This document shows positions 1 through 9,550 of a stretch of DNA of 64,000 nucleotides, one piece after another. This DNA is from Paracoccaceae bacterium (lineage in GTDB: Bacteria > Pseudomonadota > Alphaproteobacteria > Rhodobacterales > Rhodobacteraceae). Position 1 is the first letter of the stretch; each line of letters opens with the position of its first letter. The position numbers and the translations under genes were made by a program. The DNA is taken from the NCBI GenBank assembly GCA_034111185.1, contig JAWUXS010000026.1:49814-113813 (forward strand), in the 5' to 3' direction. The notes under the pieces were generated by a model. The model was given only the letters and a program-made list of their open reading frames with translations. It did no database searches and was not told where the DNA came from.

Positions 1-1676
1 AGTTCAGCGTCTGTGATGGTTGCGGCTTGCCTGATGCGGGCCTCGCGGGTGTCGCCATCAAGGTCAGTCGCCACGATGAGGCGTTGACCAGCAAGCGGGT
101 CTGTCGCGTCAAACACAGCACCCTTGCCGCCAGATAGGACATAGCGCGGGTCATCACCTTTGCGGCGCAGGCCGATGCGATCTGGATACGCGAGGGCCGC
201 TTGGCTCGCGAGGGACATCTGCGGCTTCTTGGGAAGGCCCTTGGTAAGGCGCGCGGCCTCGGTTTTTATCTGCGCGATGGCACCGTGATTTAGCTGTCCG
301 GGGCCATCATAGCGGGGCTGCAACGCATTGATGCGCAAAGACAGGTCAGTCGGCGCACCGCGCAATGGATCGCGAGAGGCGAGCAGCGCGGCAAGCGGGG
401 CTGCCTGTGCGCCTGCGGTGACCAGCATGTGGGCCAGACGCGGGTGAAGGGGCTGTGCTGCAAGGGCGCGACCGTGGGCGGTGATACGACCTGCGTCCAG
501 TGCGCCAAGGGATGTAAGCAGTGCAGTTGCCTCGGCCATTGGGCCAATGGGCGGAGGTGTGAGAAAGGGCAGGTCTGTGCTGCCCCAGAGACTAAGTTCG
601 AGGACGAGTGAAGCGAGGTCTGCGACCTCAATTCCGGCGGGTGGGAAGGCTGCAAATGCGCCCTCTTCGCCTTTGGTCCAAAGCACATAGGCGTCGCCCG
701 CTGCAACGCGGCCCGCGCGGCCTGCACGTTGCGTCGCCTCTGCCCGCGAGACGCGTTCAGTCACAAGGCGCGACATGCCCGAGTTGGGGTCAAATCGCGC
801 GCGGCGGGCGCGGCCTGCGTCAATAACGACGCGGATGTCTTCGATTGTCAGCGATGTTTCCGCGATTGACGTCGACAGCACAATCTTACGGCCAGATGTG
901 ACAGGCGCGATGGCTGCGCGTTGGTCTTTAAACGGCATTGCGCCGTAAAGGGGGCGGATGTGGTGGTCGCTGGGTAAGTTAAGCAGGGACGCTGTGCGCC
1001 TGATTTCGCCTTCACCAGGAAGGAAGACAAGGATGCCGCCTGTGGTCTCGGCTGCAGCTTTAGTGATCAGCTCGGCTGTGGCTTCGGGAAGGCGCATCGT
1101 CTTGGGTAATGGTTTTGCCAAGTGGTGTGTCGTGACAGGAAATGCGCGGCCTTCCGACGTGATTACTGGCGCGTCGTTCAGCATCGCGGCGACGGGGCCT
1201 GCATCAAGCGTCGCTGACATGACCACAATATGCAGATCGTCGCGCAACGCCTGTGCGATCTCCCAAGTGAGGGCGAGACCAAAGTCAGCATTTAGCGAAC
1301 GTTCGTGAAATTCGTCAAAGATCACAGCGCCGATGCCGGACAGTTCGGGGTCTGATTGGATCATCCGCGTCAGGATGCCTTCGGTGACGACCTCAATCCG
1401 CGTGCCGGGCTTATTGTCGCCGCGCATCCGGTAGCCAACGGTTTGGCCAGTTGTCTCGCCCAATTGTTGCGCAAGACGCTCTGCCGTGGCGCGGGCGGCA
1501 AGGCGGCGGGGTTCCAGCATGATGATTTTGTCAGTGGTCAATTGCGCATCAAGCATCGCCAAAGGCACGCGGCTAGATTTACCTGCACCGGGCGGCGCCT
1601 GCAAAACGGCACGATGATGGCCGCGCAGGGCAGCGATCAGTTCGGGCAGAACGGTTTCAATGGGCAAGCTGGACAT
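1..1676 (-). CDS. hrpB: ATP-dependent RNA helicase HrpB (3' end runs off the window)
   Basis: Not in ORF track; manual translation MSSLPIETVLPEL...APPGAGKS (Walker A), EPRRLAAR, DEFHER (DExH), MSAT, STSIAETSLTI, QRAGRAGR, AYPDRI. Confidence 0.93.
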   Translation of the reverse strand, partial: MSSLPIETVLPELIAALRGHHRAVLQAPPGAGKSSRVPLAMLDAQLTTDKIIMLEPRRLAARATAERLAQQLGETTGQTVGYRMRGDNKPGTRIEVVTEGILTRMIQSDPELSGIGAVIFDEFHERSLNADFGLALTWEIAQALRDDLHIVVMSATLDAGPVAAMLNDAPVITSEGRAFPVTTHHLAKPLPKTMRLPEATAELITKAAAETTGGILVFLPGEGEIRRTASLLNLPSDHHIRPLYGAMPFKDQRAAIAPVTSGRKIVLSTSIAETSLTIEDIRVVIDAGRARRARFDPNSGMSRLVTERVSRAEATQRAGRAGRVAAGDAYVLWTKGEEGAFAAFPPAGIEVADLASLVLELSLWGSTDLPFLTPPPIGPMAEATALLTSLGALDAGRITAHGRALAAQPLHPRLAHMLVTAGAQAAPLAALLASRDPLRGAPTDLSLRINALQPRYDGPGQLNHGAIAQIKTEAARLTKGLPKKPQMSLASQAALAYPDRIGLRRKGDDPRYVLSGGKGAVFDATDPLAGQRLIVATDLDGDTREARIRQAATITDAE

Positions 1677-1735
1677 GGCATGGACGTCGCCCAGATTGAT
1701 GGGGCGCGTCAAGGGGTGTGACGACGACCGGTTCG

Positions 1736-1891
1736 TCAAATGGTTATCTTACGCCCGCTGGTGCGGCGTTTAAACACAGCAATGGGATCGCCGAGGCTGG
1801 CAAAGTCAGTTTCAACACCTAGGCCTGCGGAGTCGTAGCAAAACATGCGTCCATATGATGTCGGCGGCGCGATCTTGGAGATCTTTATCAT
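1736..1891 (-). CDS. small hypothetical protein, 51 aa
   Basis: Manual translation MIKISKIAPPTSYGRMFCYDSAGLGVETDFASLGDPIAVFKRRTSGRKITI; AGGAG SD 4 nt upstream of ATG; fills the rpmB-hrpB gap. Confidence 0.55.
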   Translation of the reverse strand: MIKISKIAPPTSYGRMFCYDSAGLGVETDFASLGDPIAVFKRRTSGRKITI

Positions 1892-2005
1892 GCAGCTCCT
1901 GCGCCGATTGTTCGGCTCGTTAGACTTTGACTACGCCACCGCGAACTGACAAGGATTTGCTTTGGCAGGATTAGGCCGCATGCGCCGTTTGCATGTTCAG
2001 ACAGC

Positions 2006-2041
2006 AAAAAGCCCGATGGCCAGCTAGGCTATCGGGCTTTT
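2006..2041 (-). terminator. rho-independent terminator of rpmB (possibly bidirectional)
   Basis: AAAAAGCCCGATGGCC-AGCTA-GGCTATCGGGCTTTT hairpin flanked by A and T runs. Confidence 0.85.
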
Positions 2042-2067
2042 GAATTTTTGGCGAAAGTAGAAAGCGC

Positions 2068-2352
2068 TTAAGCTGCAACAGCCTTAGCGATGTCTTTCTT
2101 AACTTTCAGCGCGTCTGCTGAAAGCTCGGCTTCTTTGGCTTTTGCCATGAAGCCGTCAAGGCCACCGCGGTGATCTACGGTGCGTAGGGCAGCGTTAGAA
2201 ATGCGGAATTTGAATGAGCGACCCAAAACGTCAGACATCAAAGTCACGTCCTGCAGATTTGGCAGGAACCGACGACGGGTGCGGTTTTTAGCGTGGCTGA
2301 CATTGTTGCCAGACATCGGGCCTTTACCAGTAAGTTCGCAACGGCGCGACAT
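2068..2352 (-). CDS. rpmB: 50S ribosomal protein L28
   Basis: [33 protein letters not shown]; start moved to MSRR (AAGGA SD). Confidence 0.97.
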   Translation of the reverse strand: MSRRCELTGKGPMSGNNVSHAKNRTRRRFLPNLQDVTLMSDVLGRSFKFRISNAALRTVDHRGGLDGFMAKAKEAELSADALKVKKDIAKAVAA

Positions 2353-2504
2353 AGCATATTCCTTCGGTTTTCGGTGTCTCACGCCACGTTTGGCGGGTCA
2401 CCTGAGTTCATCGGCTAGACTACGCAGATGCGGAGTCGTAATTGGTTTTTCGCGAGATATGAGGATTCCTTGGGTACGTCAACCCAGATTGCGGGCTGCG
2501 TCGT

Positions 2505-3515
2505 TCAAATATCATCTTTATGCGCGGCGTTTGCAAGCCATGCGGTGATCACTTGGGACGCTGCCGTGGCTGGCGGCAGGGTGCCCGCACCTACTTCATC
2601 TTCGAGACTATGCAGATGAGCGCGCAATGATGCGTCTTGGGTCAGCTGCGAGATAAGCTGCAGGCGTACCTCTTCATGGAACCAAAAGCGGGACTGTGCA
2701 GCGCGGGTTTGCGGCCAGACATCGTTGTCTTTTCGCCATGAAACAAGGCTTTGCATCGCGTCCCATGCATCAGTCAGTCCTGTCAGTTCGAGGGCGGACA
2801 TTGTCATAGCTTTGGGAAAGTCATCAGGGTCTTGGCTGCGTTTGCGCATCAGGCGCAGGGCACCTGCGTAGTCGGCACAGGTGCGGGTTGCTTGTGATTT
2901 CAGGTCGCCATCAGCTTTGTTAACCAAAACAAGGTCGGCAATTTCCATGATGCCACGTTTCACGCCTTGTAACTCGTCCCCGCCAGCCGGAGCGAGGAGA
3001 AGGACAAACAAGTCGGCCATTTGGGCGACCATCGTTTCGGATTGACCAACGCCGACAGTTTCGATCAGCACAATGTCAAAGCCTGCGGCCTCGCACAGTG
3101 CGACGGCTTCGCGGGTGCGGCGGGCCACGCCGCCCAATTGGGTTTGCGACGGTGACGGGCGGATAAAGGCATTTGGATCACGCGACAGCAGGTCCATGCG
3201 GGTCTTGTCGCCTAGGATTGAACCGCCAGAGCGCGTGGATGATGGATCGACGGCCAGAACGGCCACTCGTTTGCCCATCCCAGTCAGCATAAGGCCTAAT
3301 CCCTCGATAAAGGTGGATTTGCCGACGCCAGGTGTGCCGGACAGGCCAATGCGCAGGGCTTGCTTGCCCGTACCAAGGGCATCAAGCAAAGCGAGTGCTT
3401 GGTCGCGATGATCAGCGCGACCGCTTTCGACGAGCGTGATCGCCTGCGCCAGTGCGCGGCGATTACCGGCAGCCACATCGCGGGCGAGGGTGGTGATATC
3501 TGGTATGCGGCTCAT
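2505..3515 (-). CDS. meaB: methylmalonyl-CoA mutase-associated GTPase MeaB
   Basis: GTPGVGKST, AVDPSS, GGSILGDKTRM, ETVGVGQSE, GDELQGVKRG, NKAD. Confidence 0.95.
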   Translation of the reverse strand: MSRIPDITTLARDVAAGNRRALAQAITLVESGRADHRDQALALLDALGTGKQALRIGLSGTPGVGKSTFIEGLGLMLTGMGKRVAVLAVDPSSTRSGGSILGDKTRMDLLSRDPNAFIRPSPSQTQLGGVARRTREAVALCEAAGFDIVLIETVGVGQSETMVAQMADLFVLLLAPAGGDELQGVKRGIMEIADLVLVNKADGDLKSQATRTCADYAGALRLMRKRSQDPDDFPKAMTMSALELTGLTDAWDAMQSLVSWRKDNDVWPQTRAAQSRFWFHEEVRLQLISQLTQDASLRAHLHSLEDEVGAGTLPPATAASQVITAWLANAAHKDDI

Positions 3516-3705
3516 GCCATCCTTCTTAGCTGGTACGACATGACTGTCTAGTCTGGGGCGCGCATTTCAGGAATATTCAGTCCCGGGCAATAGCTGACCC
3601 TTGGTAAATTTGGTGCTGTTGGGGAAGTCTGCTAACGTTTCAGGCACAGGGGTCGCGGTGCGTGGATTTTAGGCAGCGTTGGTCAATCGAAGAAAGGATT
3701 TTATC

Positions 3706-4131
3706 ATGAAAACACCGATACATTTGTGGATCGTTGGGCTGCTTTCACTGTTGTGGAATGCGGGTGGTGCGATGGATTACGTGATGACGCAATTCGCCGT
3801 CGAAAGTTATATGTCGCAGCTTAGCGCAGAGCACCTTGCCTATGTCGCGGCGTTTCCCGCGTGGTTTGAGGGAACTTGGGCGGTTGGCGTTTGGTTTTCG
3901 GTGCTTGGATCGCTGTTGCTGTTGGTACGGTCGCGGTTTGCAGTGAACGCGTTTTTCGTGTCGCTGCTTGGGTTGATCGCATCCTCGGTCTACAGCTACG
4001 GGATCGCTGATCCATCCGCGCTGGATATCACAAATACAGGTGCGCTGCTGTTCACAGGTGCCATCGTTTTTGTTCTGGTGTTGCTGATCGTTTATGCGCG
4101 GGCAATGCGCCGTCGCGGTGTACTACGTTAA
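3706..4131 (+). CDS. hypothetical 4-TM membrane protein
   Basis: MKTPIHLWIVGLLSLLWNAGGAMDY...; four hydrophobic segments; AAAGGA SD. Confidence 0.8.
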   Translation: MKTPIHLWIVGLLSLLWNAGGAMDYVMTQFAVESYMSQLSAEHLAYVAAFPAWFEGTWAVGVWFSVLGSLLLLVRSRFAVNAFFVSLLGLIASSVYSYGIADPSALDITNTGALLFTGAIVFVLVLLIVYARAMRRRGVLR

Positions 4132-4433
4132 CCGCAAGAAGAACGGGCCGTGCTAGCGAAGTTCCGGTAGCGCGCCCAAAATGCCGACGAAGACCGTGTT
4201 CCAGCCTGACGGGTGTCTTGGGCCAACTGTGGTTCTTCAAAGAATGTCGCGGCAAGGGCTTGGTCAGAGCTATTGAGCGTCCGGTTGGCAGCGCTTTGCA
4301 CGCAAGAGCATAAGCGTTGTGACGCAGCACTGCGATCGGCTGCAATACATGCCTTTGCGACTTCGCCGTTTACGCCGCTGCTGCAAGCAGAGAGCATTAA
4401 ACCGCAAGAAAGAAGGATCACAAGGTTACGCAT
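4128..4433 (-). CDS. small Cys-containing lipoprotein, hypothetical
   Basis: Signal peptide with lipobox LSAC; four further Cys (CIAA...LCSC...C-term C). Confidence 0.75.
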   Translation of the reverse strand: MRNLVILLSCGLMLSACSSGVNGEVAKACIAADRSAASQRLCSCVQSAANRTLNSSDQALAATFFEEPQLAQDTRQAGTRSSSAFWARYRNFASTARSSCG

Positions 4434-4550
4434 TATCAGCCTCTTACACAATTGCTGCCCGACTTATGCGGTGTCAGCTTGGAAATCGAATTGCTTTGAA
4501 TATGCCGTGATGCGGGCGCGGACGCAATTCACGAAATCCCAAAGTAGCGT

Positions 4551-5081
4551 TTAGTCGCCTTCGAATTCGCACAAGACGTGCACATCCATGCCCATCCCCT
4601 CGAGCTTTTTGCGGCCACCAAGGGCGGGTAAGTCGATGATAAAGCCACAGCCCATGACCTCGGCGCCCATACGTTCAATCAGTTTGATGCCCGCCTCGGC
4701 TGTGCCGCCAGTGGCCAAAAGGTCGTCGATCAGCAAAACACGCTCGCCCGGTTGGAGGGCGTCGTCGTGAACCTCCATCACGGCTTCGCCGTATTCTAGG
4801 GTGTAGGCCTGCTCAATCGTTTTGCCGGGCAATTTGCCCTTTTTGCGGATCGGGACAAAACCAAGCGACAGTTGGTGGGCAATTGCGCCACCAAGAATAA
4901 ACCCACGTGCCTCAAGTCCGACGATTTTGTCTATCTTTGTGCCAACATAAGGGTGGAGCAGCTGGTCAATCGCCAGACGGAACCCGCGTGGATCGCTGAA
5001 AAGGGTCGTGACATCGCGGAACATGATCCCTTCGTGTGGGAAATCAGGGATTGTGCGGATGTAGTCTGAGACGGTTTTCAT
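4551..5081 (-). CDS. apt: adenine phosphoribosyltransferase
   Basis: [38 protein letters not shown] motif [11 protein letters not shown]. Confidence 0.97.
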   Translation of the reverse strand: MKTVSDYIRTIPDFPHEGIMFRDVTTLFSDPRGFRLAIDQLLHPYVGTKIDKIVGLEARGFILGGAIAHQLSLGFVPIRKKGKLPGKTIEQAYTLEYGEAVMEVHDDALQPGERVLLIDDLLATGGTAEAGIKLIERMGAEVMGCGFIIDLPALGGRKKLEGMGMDVHVLCEFEGD

Positions 5082-5129
5082 AGCGTTTCCTTGAGGGGAT
5101 TGGTCAGGGAGAGATTTGTTGATGTCGGG

Positions 5130-5999
5130 TTATTTGCCCAGCACGCGGCCTGCAATAGCGTCTAGCTTTGAAACAAGTGCGGGGTCGCGTTTATCCGGCG
5201 CAGTCATAATCGCAAAGTCGAGCGCGTGATTGCAGCCAGCGGGACAGGTGTCATCTGCGCGTTCCAGCAGTGCAGGAAGGTTGGCGATAAAGTCAGCGGC
5301 TTTGCTACCGTTCCCTTTGAGGGTGGCAATCACATCGGCCACATCGACCGCGGCGTGATCTGGATGCCAGCTGTCAAAATCGGTGACCATGGCGACTGTA
5401 GCATAACAAAGCTCTGCTTCGCGGGCGAGTTTCGCCTCGGGCATGTTGGTCATGCCAATCACATCGCAGCCCCATTGTTTATAGAGTTTGCTTTCGGCCA
5501 CAGACGAGAACTGCGGACCTTCCATCGCGAGATACGTGCCGCCGTCGTGGGTTTTGATACCAGCAGCATTTGCAGCGGTGAAACAGGCAGAGGCGAGGCG
5601 TGAGCAGACAGGGTGTGCGACGCTGACGTGACCCACGCATCCGGGGCCAAAGAATGATTTTTCGCGCGCAAAAGTTCGGTCGATAAATTGATCGACGATA
5701 ACAAAATCACCGGGTGCCATGTCTTCTTTGAATGATCCGCATGCGCTGATGCTGACAACGTCGGTGACGCCTAAGCGTTTGAGGACATCGATATTGGCGC
5801 GGTAATTGATGCTGGTCGGTGTTTGAACGTGCCCGCGTCCGTGGCGCGGCAGAAATACCATGTCTACATCGCCAAGCGTCCCAGTCAGCACTTGGTCAGA
5901 TGGATCACCCCACGGGGTGGCTACATCGATCCATTTGCGATCAGAAAGGCCATCCATGTCATAGAGGCCAGAGCCACCGATGATTCCGATTTTTGTCAT
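5130..5999 (-). CDS. mtnP: S-methyl-5'-thioadenosine phosphorylase
   Basis: IGIIGGSG, PRHGRGH, NYRANI, MEGPQFS, GMTNMPEAKLAREA, VTDFDSW. Confidence 0.93.
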   Translation of the reverse strand: MTKIGIIGGSGLYDMDGLSDRKWIDVATPWGDPSDQVLTGTLGDVDMVFLPRHGRGHVQTPTSINYRANIDVLKRLGVTDVVSISACGSFKEDMAPGDFVIVDQFIDRTFAREKSFFGPGCVGHVSVAHPVCSRLASACFTAANAAGIKTHDGGTYLAMEGPQFSSVAESKLYKQWGCDVIGMTNMPEAKLAREAELCYATVAMVTDFDSWHPDHAAVDVADVIATLKGNGSKAADFIANLPALLERADDTCPAGCNHALDFAIMTAPDKRDPALVSKLDAIAGRVLGK

Positions 6000-6084
6000 A
6001 CGCGTGATCCTTGTATTCTCAAAGCGCCGCTGCTTGCGCCATTAAACAATCTGATGGTGAACAAAGTGACAAGCACCGGTTCGG

Positions 6085-6486
6085 TTAGGCTGCGTTTTTT
6101 GCCATGGCTTCCAAAATTACCAGCGCATCGTCTTGGCGACCATCAGGAACGAACAGGTGATCGTGGAAGAACCCTGAGACAGGGTTCACGCCCATGTCGT
6201 GCTTGGCCAGTTCGGTCGCGATACGTGCGATAAATCCTACGGCCTCAAGCGAGGAATGGATATTGAGCGTGATCATCCGGCATGGGAATTCATAGGCGAT
6301 GCCGTGTTCTTCGGCCTCTGATTTTAGGATAATCAGTGTCGTGCCTTCGGCCTCTTGAAAGATCATGCGCGGGGATAGACCCGCTGGGACCGCACGGTCA
6401 GCCAATGTCGCAAAGACAAAAACGCCTGGGATCAGGTCAGCGACCAAGGATTTGAAAAGTTCGTTCAGGTTGGTTTCACCGCTCAT
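6085..6486 (-). CDS. ACT-domain protein (DUF2241-like)
   Basis: MSGETNL..., FQEAEGTTLI, ITLNIHSSLEAVGF, NPVSGFFHDHLFV. Confidence 0.8.
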   Translation of the reverse strand: MSGETNLNELFKSLVADLIPGVFVFATLADRAVPAGLSPRMIFQEAEGTTLIILKSEAEEHGIAYEFPCRMITLNIHSSLEAVGFIARIATELAKHDMGVNPVSGFFHDHLFVPDGRQDDALVILEAMAKNAA

Positions 6487-6535
6487 GGGCATGTCTTTCT
6501 GCGTAATTCACTTAGATTGCGTAGCATAAGGGCCA

Positions 6536-6595
6536 TGCCGCAGGAAAGCCGTTGGGGCGGGGGGTGACAAACATGGTCACCTCGGGTAGGCGGCA
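6536..6595 (+). ncRNA. probable sul1 cis-regulatory RNA motif (orphan riboswitch candidate)
   Basis: Outer stem TGCCGC(6536-41)/GCGGCA(6590-95), inner stem GGGGTGAC(6561-68)/GTCACCTC(6576-83), purine-rich AGGAAAGCCGTTGGGG linker; about 30 nt upstream of a SulP gene, the described context of sul1 RNAs in Alphaproteobacteria. Confidence 0.7.
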
Positions 6596-6627
6596 GACAA
6601 CTCAATTTTCCAACTTTAGGTACATCC

Positions 6628-8277
6628 ATGGCCCGCGCGCTTCTAGCAAGTTTTGCTGACAGTCTATCGCTGAATGATTCACAAACGCCGTTCACACCGA
6701 ACCGCGTTAAAACCGAAGTTCTATCAGGACTTACAGTTGCACTTGCACTTGTGCCCGAGGCAGTAGCCTTTGCATTCGTTGCTGGTGTGAACCCGTTGGT
6801 TGGTTTGTATGCGGCGTTTATCGTCGGTTTGATCACTGCAGTCTTCGGCGGCCGCCCTGGTATGATCTCGGGTGCAACGGGCGCTTTGGCGGTTGTTATG
6901 GTGTCTTTGGTGTCACTTCACGGGGTCGAGTACCTGTTTGCGACGGTCATTTTGATGGGCCTGATCCAGATCTTTGTGGGTATTATGAAGTGGGGCAAGT
7001 TTATCCGACTGGTGCCGCATCCGGTGATGCTGGGCTTTGTGAACGGCCTCGCGATTGTTATTTTCCTCGCTCAACTTGGTCAGTTCCAAGTTCCCGGTTC
7101 GGCTGGGGCGTCAGGCCACGGCATGGCAAGCGGCGAATGGTTGTCGGGTCTGCCGATGATCCTGATGCTGTCATTGGTTGCTGTCACGATGGCAATCATC
7201 TGGATCATGCCACGCATCACAACGGCCATTCCTGCGCCTTTGGCGGGTATCGGTATCGTTGCTGGGGTCGTGATTATCTTTGGTCTTGATGTGCCACGTG
7301 TTGGCGATCTTGCTTCTATCTCGGGTGGGTTGCCACCTTTGCACAATCCGTTCGGTGAGGGCTTGGGTCTGTACGGCACACCGCTTGCGCCATTAAACCT
7401 TGAGACATTGTGGATCATCTTGCCATTCGCGCTGATCCTTTCAGCCATCGGCCTGATCGAAAGCCTGCTGACATTGAACCTTGTAGGCGAGATGACAGGC
7501 AAACGTGGCGGTGCGTCACAAGAATGTCTGGCACAGGGTGCTGCGAATACGATCACTGGTTTCTTTGGTGGTATGGGCGGTTGCGCGATGATCGGTCAGT
7601 CAATGATCAACGTGAAATCTGGCGGTCGCACGCGGCTTGCTGGAATTGCCGCGGCCTTGTTCCTTTTGGCATTCATCTTGTTTGCAAGCAGCCTGATTGA
7701 GCAGATCCCACTGGCCGCATTGGTTGGTGTGATGTTCATGGTTGTGATCGGCACGTTCGCTTGGAACTCGTTGACAATATTGCGCAAAGTACCGCTGACG
7801 GATGCGTTCGTGATTATCCTTGTGACGGTTGTGACTGTTTGGACCGACCTTGCAACTGCGGTTGTTGTTGGTGTGATCGTGTCGGCCCTCGCATATGCGT
7901 GGAACAACGCGACACGGATTTTCGCAACAACATACGAGACACCAGAAGGCGCGAAAGTTTATCAGGTCAAAGGCCCGTTGTTCTTTGGTTCAGCTGAAGG
8001 TTTTTCTGAGCTGTTCGAAGTCAGCGACGACCCGTCATTGGTGATCATCGATTTTGACGAAAGCCGTGTGGTTGACCAGTCTGCGCTGCAAGCGATTGAG
8101 ACTGTCGCTGGCAAGTACGAGGCACAAGGCAAGCAAATCCAGCTGCGCCATCTGAGCCATGACTGTCACCGTTTGTTGTCAAAAGCAGGTCACCTTGTAA
8201 TCGATAGCGACGATGATCCAGATTACGAAGTTGCCGTGGATTACGGTGTGCGCACAGGTATCCTTGGCGGTCACTAG
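6628..8277 (+). CDS. SulP/SLC26 family inorganic anion transporter with STAS domain
   Basis: GLTVALALVPEAVAFA, GGRPGMISGATGA, GGCAMIGQS, C-terminal STAS GPLFFGS. Confidence 0.93.
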   Translation: MARALLASFADSLSLNDSQTPFTPNRVKTEVLSGLTVALALVPEAVAFAFVAGVNPLVGLYAAFIVGLITAVFGGRPGMISGATGALAVVMVSLVSLHGVEYLFATVILMGLIQIFVGIMKWGKFIRLVPHPVMLGFVNGLAIVIFLAQLGQFQVPGSAGASGHGMASGEWLSGLPMILMLSLVAVTMAIIWIMPRITTAIPAPLAGIGIVAGVVIIFGLDVPRVGDLASISGGLPPLHNPFGEGLGLYGTPLAPLNLETLWIILPFALILSAIGLIESLLTLNLVGEMTGKRGGASQECLAQGAANTITGFFGGMGGCAMIGQSMINVKSGGRTRLAGIAAALFLLAFILFASSLIEQIPLAALVGVMFMVVIGTFAWNSLTILRKVPLTDAFVIILVTVVTVWTDLATAVVVGVIVSALAYAWNNATRIFATTYETPEGAKVYQVKGPLFFGSAEGFSELFEVSDDPSLVIIDFDESRVVDQSALQAIETVAGKYEAQGKQIQLRHLSHDCHRLLSKAGHLVIDSDDDPDYEVAVDYGVRTGILGGH

Positions 8278-8302
8278 ACGCTAAGCACTTGGTACGAATT
8301 TG

Positions 8303-8337
8303 ACGGGCAGGCCTTTGCAAAAAGGCCTGCCCGTTTT
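8303..8337. terminator. terminator hairpin between convergent genes
   Basis: Perfect 14-bp stem ACGGGCAGGCCTTT-GCAA-AAAGGCCTGCCCGT followed by TTT. Confidence 0.85.
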
Positions 8338-8340
8338 CCG

Positions 8341-8943
8341 TTATTTCGGGCGGTTCAGGGCAAATACCTCTGCCACGCGCGCATAGTCGCGGTATCCCAT
8401 ACGAGCGAGGGGCTGATAGCGCGTCACATCAAGTATCCCATCGACCATGTAATCATCGTTTAGATGCACGCCGACAACTTCGCCGATGACCATTCGGTTC
8501 GATTGACCTTCAAGTTCAATGATCTGTGTCATACGGCATTCAAGCGCTGCAGGGGCTTTGGCAACGTAGGCGCAGTTGATCGCCTTTGCTTCGGCTTTGG
8601 ACAGGCCCGCGATTGCGAATTCGTCGTCTTCACGGGGCGCGCCGGTTGAGGTCGCGTTCATTGCGTCGCGCAGGTCGTAGCCCACGATGTTGACAACAAA
8701 CACACCTGTTTCGCGGATATTACCAACCGAATCCTTTGTGTCGCCGCGATCCGCTTTGTGACCTGTGGACGAGAACATAACCTGCGGTGGCGCGTCCGCG
8801 ATGGCGTTGAAAAACGAATAAGGAGCGAGGTTATCGCGCCCTTGGTCGTCGCGGGTTGAGACCCAAGCAATCGGGCGCGGCGAAACAATCGCCTTAAATG
8901 GATCGTGCGGAAGGCCGTGGCCGTCTGCTGGATTGTAAAACAT
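8341..8943 (-). CDS. flavin reductase family protein
   Basis: HDPFKAIVSPRPIAWVST, NLAPYSFFN, ARMGY; start moved to MFYNP. Confidence 0.88.
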   Translation of the reverse strand: MFYNPADGHGLPHDPFKAIVSPRPIAWVSTRDDQGRDNLAPYSFFNAIADAPPQVMFSSTGHKADRGDTKDSVGNIRETGVFVVNIVGYDLRDAMNATSTGAPREDDEFAIAGLSKAEAKAINCAYVAKAPAALECRMTQIIELEGQSNRMVIGEVVGVHLNDDYMVDGILDVTRYQPLARMGYRDYARVAEVFALNRPK

Positions 8944-9018
8944 GACAAGTCTCTCTTTTCGTTTCGGCATCATACCGATAGCTTGCCGAATAGCGCAAAG
9001 CATGACGAAAGACACGGG

Positions 9019-9519
9019 ATGCAAGAAGTCAAAATTGCACTCGCCCCAGAAAACCCCGACGACTGGTGGGAGGTGGAGGCGTTATATGACCTGTGCTTTG
9101 CACCGGGCCGGACTGCTTTGTCATCTTACCGCCTGCGCCAAGAGGGTTCAGAGATCGCTGATCTGTGCATCACAGCGCGTGATCCTGACGGTGTCTTGGC
9201 TGGTGTGGTGCGTAATTGGCCTGTTCAGGTGGGATCTGAGATTGCGGTGCTATTGGGGCCAATCGCCGTTCACCCAACACGCCAAGGCGAAGGGATCGCA
9301 GCCCTGCTGATGGTGCAGGCGATTGATGCGGCCAAGGCTGCGGGCTGGGACCGGATGATGTTGGTTGGCGACCTACCATTCTATAAGCGTTTTGGGTTTT
9401 CGCAGCTAAAAGGCGTGCAGATGCCGCCGCCCACAAACCCTGATCGTGTGCTGGGTTTGGATCTGAATGTGGGGGCTTGGGACAGTGTCACGGGCAAGGT
9501 TTCACGCGGCGACAATTGA
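9019..9519 (+). CDS. GNAT family N-acetyltransferase
   Basis: LLGPIAVHPTRQGEGIA, LVGDLPFYKRFGF. Confidence 0.85.
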   Translation: MQEVKIALAPENPDDWWEVEALYDLCFAPGRTALSSYRLRQEGSEIADLCITARDPDGVLAGVVRNWPVQVGSEIAVLLGPIAVHPTRQGEGIAALLMVQAIDAAKAAGWDRMMLVGDLPFYKRFGFSQLKGVQMPPPTNPDRVLGLDLNVGAWDSVTGKVSRGDN

Positions 9520-9541
9520 AAGTTGACCTAGCGATCCCCAT
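9516..9541 (+). promoter_or_regulatory. RpoH (sigma32)-type promoter of EcsC-family gene
   Basis: TTGAAA-N14-CCCCAT, 10 nt before the ATG. Confidence 0.55.
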
Positions 9542-9550
9542 TTCTATGCC

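Noticed and set aside
290-1721. Short ORF-track calls in the first 1.7 kb, and the many antisense or alternate-frame ORFs throughout
   Set aside because: They are shadows of hrpB and other real genes, with no motifs or RBS.
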